From Mustelus asterias (taxonomy: Eukaryota), in contig NW_027590136.1 in assembly GCF_964213995.1 (NCBI RefSeq), positions 1,302,001 through 1,366,000 of the forward strand: a stretch of DNA of 64,000 nt, in the 5' to 3' direction. The first letter of the stretch is position 1, and the number at the start of each line of letters is the position of its first letter. Made by a program: the position numbers and the translations under genes. This document shows, piece by piece, positions 60,088 through 64,000 of this stretch. Under the pieces are notes generated by a model. It was given only the letters and a program-made list of their open reading frames with translations. It searched no databases and was not told the DNA's origin.

Positions 60088-61539
60088 AAATGCTGCAAAG
60101 TGCTTGCGGTACGGGTAGCATTATCAATGGATTAAGGAACAGGATGGGGTTTGAGGTTGGAGATTTTTGATGAATGTGGAAATGTCTGAGGTGGAGAGCA
60201 GGAGGTTAAAAGACGGAACTTGAAAGTGACATGATTTGACATGTGTGCTGTGTGTGTATCTGACATGTATGTTGTGCGTGTCATGTGAATCTTCTTCAGA
60301 GTTTATCGTTAGTGTTACATCTCTGACTTTTCCAACTGAGATGCAAGTTCATCCGGCTGAAAGATTTAGATGTTGCTCCCTTCACAGACGCTCTGAGGCG
60401 TGTTTTCATTAAATGAAGAATTGAACAAAAAGTTATTCACTCCGTGACTGGGAATCGAAACCGCGTTACGGCGCCGATCCTGATCACTGGACCCTCAGTG
60501 ACGCTGATGTGAGAGATTTGCAATGAGTTGATCATCTCTGTATTCATTGCTTTATTTTGAATAACTTTCAATAAAAATAAGTCACAATGAGGAATGACGG
60601 GAAGCGGACATGACAGGATTTGAGCCTCAGTTAGAAAGTCCCAATCTATCCCCTGGGCCGGGACTGCAGACTCAAGGTTTGCGATCTGTTGTTTATATCA
60701 GCAGACAACCATTCAGCCTGTGTTCCCGTTTGTATTCTCTATCGGAGCAACTCCACTCCGCCCAGTTTTGACAAAGGGTGATCTGGACTCGGAACGTTAG
60801 CTCTCTTCTCTTCTTACAGATGTTGCCAGACATGCTGAGATTTTCCAGCATTTTCCCTTTTTGTTTCCAATTCCAGCATCCACACTCACTTGCTCCACTC
60901 CTTCCACACGGCCCGAAGACTTGCTGGAAAGGTGCATTGGCCATGCTAAATTCTCCCTCAGTGTACACGAACAGGCGCCGGAGTGAGGTGACTCGGGGAT
61001 GTTGACAGTATCTTCATGCACTGTTAATGTAAGTCTACTTGTGGCAATAATAAAATAAACTACTAAACTTTAAATGCAGCAGCAGTGTGGATGAAAATGA
61101 AACAATTATAGAACATTACAGCACAGGAAGAGGTTATTCGTCCTGGCGTGCTGCTTTTAAACAGCAGTTGTGATTAGTTGATCAGGAATGAGAAAGAGAC
61201 AATATTTTCATAACAAATTCTATTTTCACAATTTGTCCCCAGTCATTGAGCCTGGGCCCTGGCGGTGAAAGCCTTCACTCTGAAAAACTAGACCACCCGG
61301 CATCCAGCATCACCTGCTCAATATTGCCTTGTCCATCATTCCTTTGTCCGTTGATCCATCCTACCTTGCTCTCTGCTACAGACATTCACTTTTGTTGTTT
61401 TTACCGAGTGACTCCTGACTTTGCAATCAGAAAATGCTGGAAATACTTAGCATATCAGTTAACATTTAGCAAAAACATAAATTATGAAACTTTTCCCTCA
61501 CTCTGTATTGAATGGCATTTGGAAATATTGCTGTCTGGT

Positions 61540-61790
61540 TTTGCGGGTGTGGGGATGGCCTTGGCGAGATGTTCGTATTCATCAATGGCATGTTAAAGGC
61601 TCCGAAGAAGATGTTGTAGCTCCTCCACTCCACGGAAGTACTAGACGACGAAGGGCACTCTGTCGGCCGTGGCCCGTGTTTGTCTTCTGAGGAGATCGGT
61701 GTGGTCTTTCGCTGTGGCGCGTCGGAACTGTCGATCGATGAGTCGAGAGCCACATCCTGTTCTGACGAAGGCGTCTGTCAAAAACACACT
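61540..61790 (-). mobile_element. Penelope fragment, duplicated from 55815-56260
   Basis: aaggctccgaagaagatg..aagggcactctg..gtcttctgaggag..ggcgtctgtcaaaaac. Confidence 0.7.
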
Positions 61791-61838
61791 GCACACACTC
61801 CTGCATTCAACTGCAAGGACAAAAATTGAAATCAATTC

Positions 61839-61920
61839 TGGTAGCAGTGGGATCCGCACCCACGCCCCCAGAGATATTAGAACCCAAACCCTGCGCCTTA
61901 GACCGCTCGGCCACACTACC
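61839..61920 (-). pseudogene. tRNA-Leu pseudogene, paralog of 56316-56397
   Basis: gcgccttagaccgctcggccacactacc; anticodon and T arms decayed; shared flank caaggacaaaaa. Confidence 0.75.
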
Positions 61921-63307
61921 ACATGGTAGACAAGGCAATCATGTCCTTTTCTTGTATTGATACTGAAATATTTCAGAATCCGTGGAGATGGGCCAGCAGG
62001 AAAATAAGGTTCGTCACAGACAACAAGGGAGGTTGGATTATCTGACGCAAGGAATGATGGAAAAGGCAACACTGAGCTGGTGATGGCGGAGCCCGGGTGG
62101 TCCAATGGTTCAGAGACATTGTTTTCAGGACAATGGGCTCGCTGGCATGTGACAAATCTGGAATTAAACGGAGATTTTTTTAAAATGAGGAACATGTCTT
62201 TCGGGTGACGGACCTGAAGGAAGACAATGGCTAAAATGACGATGGTCAGCTGATTGGAAAAATCACTGTCACTGTCACGGGGCAGGAACATTATCAAAAC
62301 TCACTGCTCCGATGTTTCCGAATTCAAGTTTATTGTTGAATGAGAACGGAACGGGGTATCAATCAAAATATTGAATATTTACTCTTCACCATTTCTGAGA
62401 AAACACACAGAGCAAAATATCCAGTGTTTTCTGCTGGCTGGGGGTTTGGACAGTGGGGGCTGGAATATTGCTGCTTTTCCCTGTCTCACTCGCTGTAGAA
62501 TGAGGAAGAGAGAATAATTAATAGGTTTGGTAGAATGGAATCATTGAATGGCTTTCTAATGGGTTAGAAGCAGACACAATTTAAGGCTAATAGTCGCAGA
62601 ACACCCATTACAGACACATGCATGTCACCGGGAATTAGCTCTCCTACAACCGGCGCCGTCTCCCTTCAAGCCTTTCGGTTTCTTGTCTGTAACCAAATAA
62701 TTGGACAGTCCCGAAGCTGATATTAGGTTTGAATTCCTCTTGTGCTGTAACGAGAATACTTCCAATATCTCCAATCAGTTACTTTCACTGCTGACATCAG
62801 AGTCAATGTTATAGCGTCATAAAGAAGGGAAAGATGCCTTGACTGGCTCTGCACAGTCAGACAGTTCACCCTTCAATCTCCTCTGATTACGGTTCCCAGA
62901 GAGTTTCTAAAGATTCACAACTCTGGCAACCATAATAATATATCTCGTGAAGCAATATAAGTTTGCTATCAATGCTAATATAATATTTTTGTTTGGACTT
63001 ATGCTCTTTTAGTTGCATTCTCTCAATATTGTTATTGGCCGTGGTTGAGAGTCTGGAATTCGCCCCGATACCGAACCCAACACGGTATCTCACTGCGCTC
63101 TGATGGGGGTGACATGGAACTACAAAGTGCAACTTTCGACCACCTGTGAGTCTTCGGGACTCAAGTTTGTGTTCAACAATTTCCGGTCGTGAATTCCAAC
63201 TCGATTGGCTTTATGCCCTTTATTCAAAGTTTAGCCTGCACCCGGGGTGGAGAATCTTTTTTGCTATGAGTCCACCTCCTCCGGACAAAGAGAACCCTTT
63301 TCCATAT

Positions 63308-63410
63308 ATGCGTCATGGAGATTCTGTCACTCAGCCGATGTCCTCAGCAGTTCGGACAGAAGGAGAAGCGGTGACTTACAATGTATCTATAACACGACGT
63401 TTTACTCCCC
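63308..63410 (+). pseudogene. Truncated TCR V exon relic (FR1 only)
   Basis: HGDSVTQPMSSAVRTEGEAVT / LQCIYNTT (1-nt shift); shares gacagaaggagaagcggtgactt with the V at 10898; no Trp, YYC or RSS follows. Confidence 0.7.
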
Positions 63411-64000
63411 GAAGAGGGGAACATTCTGAACAAATCAATTAAGTCGCTTTTGTACCTTCTTGCTTATAAAATAAAGAAACTAAATTAGTCTGGTAATCCC
63501 TGGCGCTATTCTGATTTATAACCTCCTTATTTACTCCAAAGACTTGGCGTTCTCTCGACTGCGTCGTCGCCAGTATTTGAACAGAGAACTCTAGCAATGA
63601 TTTCCGCAGATTTCGCATCGTTTTCCCAAATGCATATCAACAGTAACGAAGTCAGTATCTAAAGAACTCCAATTCAGATATCTGAGCAGCGTTTGTGTCT
63701 TGGTATATGTAAACCCTGAATCAAATCAGCAGGAAAATCCGAGCGTGCAATAAAAAAAAAACATTTGCCAATTGACGGCTCTAAATTCAAGCCCGAGCGC
63801 CACAAACACACGTGATATTATCATTGAAACCTGTATGGATGGTAGGTTTGTGATGTCACAATAGACACACCCCTCCCCCCACCCCACCCACTCACCCACA
63901 CACACACCCGCACACTCACTGCAATGAGTTGAACAGAGCCCAGGTTCCTCTCTCCTTCTCAATCTCTGACTCATTCCATTCCCATTCACTGAGAAGGATT

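Noticed and set aside
60438-61300. Very degenerate tRNA-Glu-like traces (~60440-60500, ~61236-61300; also ~50655-50695)
   Set aside because: Too decayed to delimit confidently
62760-62900. Possible promoter/leader for the 63.3 kb V relic (CCAAT, TGACATCA)
   Set aside because: No convincing leader frame or splice donor could be read
1-64000. CRISPR arrays, prokaryotic operons, rRNA, TCR D/J/C or Ig constant exons
   Set aside because: None seen; the sequence is vertebrate and no FGxG J motif with a 12-RSS was recognised by eye

Overview
Repeat-rich vertebrate genomic DNA, very likely from an elasmobranch (shark or ray), inferred from HE1/V-SINE-like and Deu-SINE-like SINEs, CR1 LINEs with esterase ORF1, and Penelope elements. 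From left to right: (1) a decayed minus-strand endogenous retrovirus (integrase plus two different env genes in tandem) whose second env is split by a Penelope insertion with a 10-bp target-site duplication; (2) many CR1 LINEs, including one near-full-length copy (4.8-9.2 kb) and one full-length copy with both ORFs open (23.6-27.8 kb, minus); (3) four T-cell receptor alpha/delta-type V segments, all apparently defective, in both orientations, two with clear 23-bp RSSs; (4) a C2H2 zinc-finger pseudogene relic; (5) an intact two-exon class A orphan GPCR gene (GPR139/142-like, 322 aa, minus); (6) a ~34 kb tRNA gene graveyard (Val, Gln, Lys, Leu, Pro, Glu, Ser, Thr) built by tandem and inverted duplications, with one clearly intact tRNA-Leu(TAG). 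Best leads: a U_UUA_AAC slippery heptamer at the CR1 ORF1 stop with ORF2 in the -1 frame and no usable AUG, the double-env ERV, covarying minimal hammerhead ribozymes in Penelope pLTRs, and an orphan copy of a TCR V promoter inside the tRNA array. All calls are from manual reading with no database searches, and repeat boundaries are approximate.
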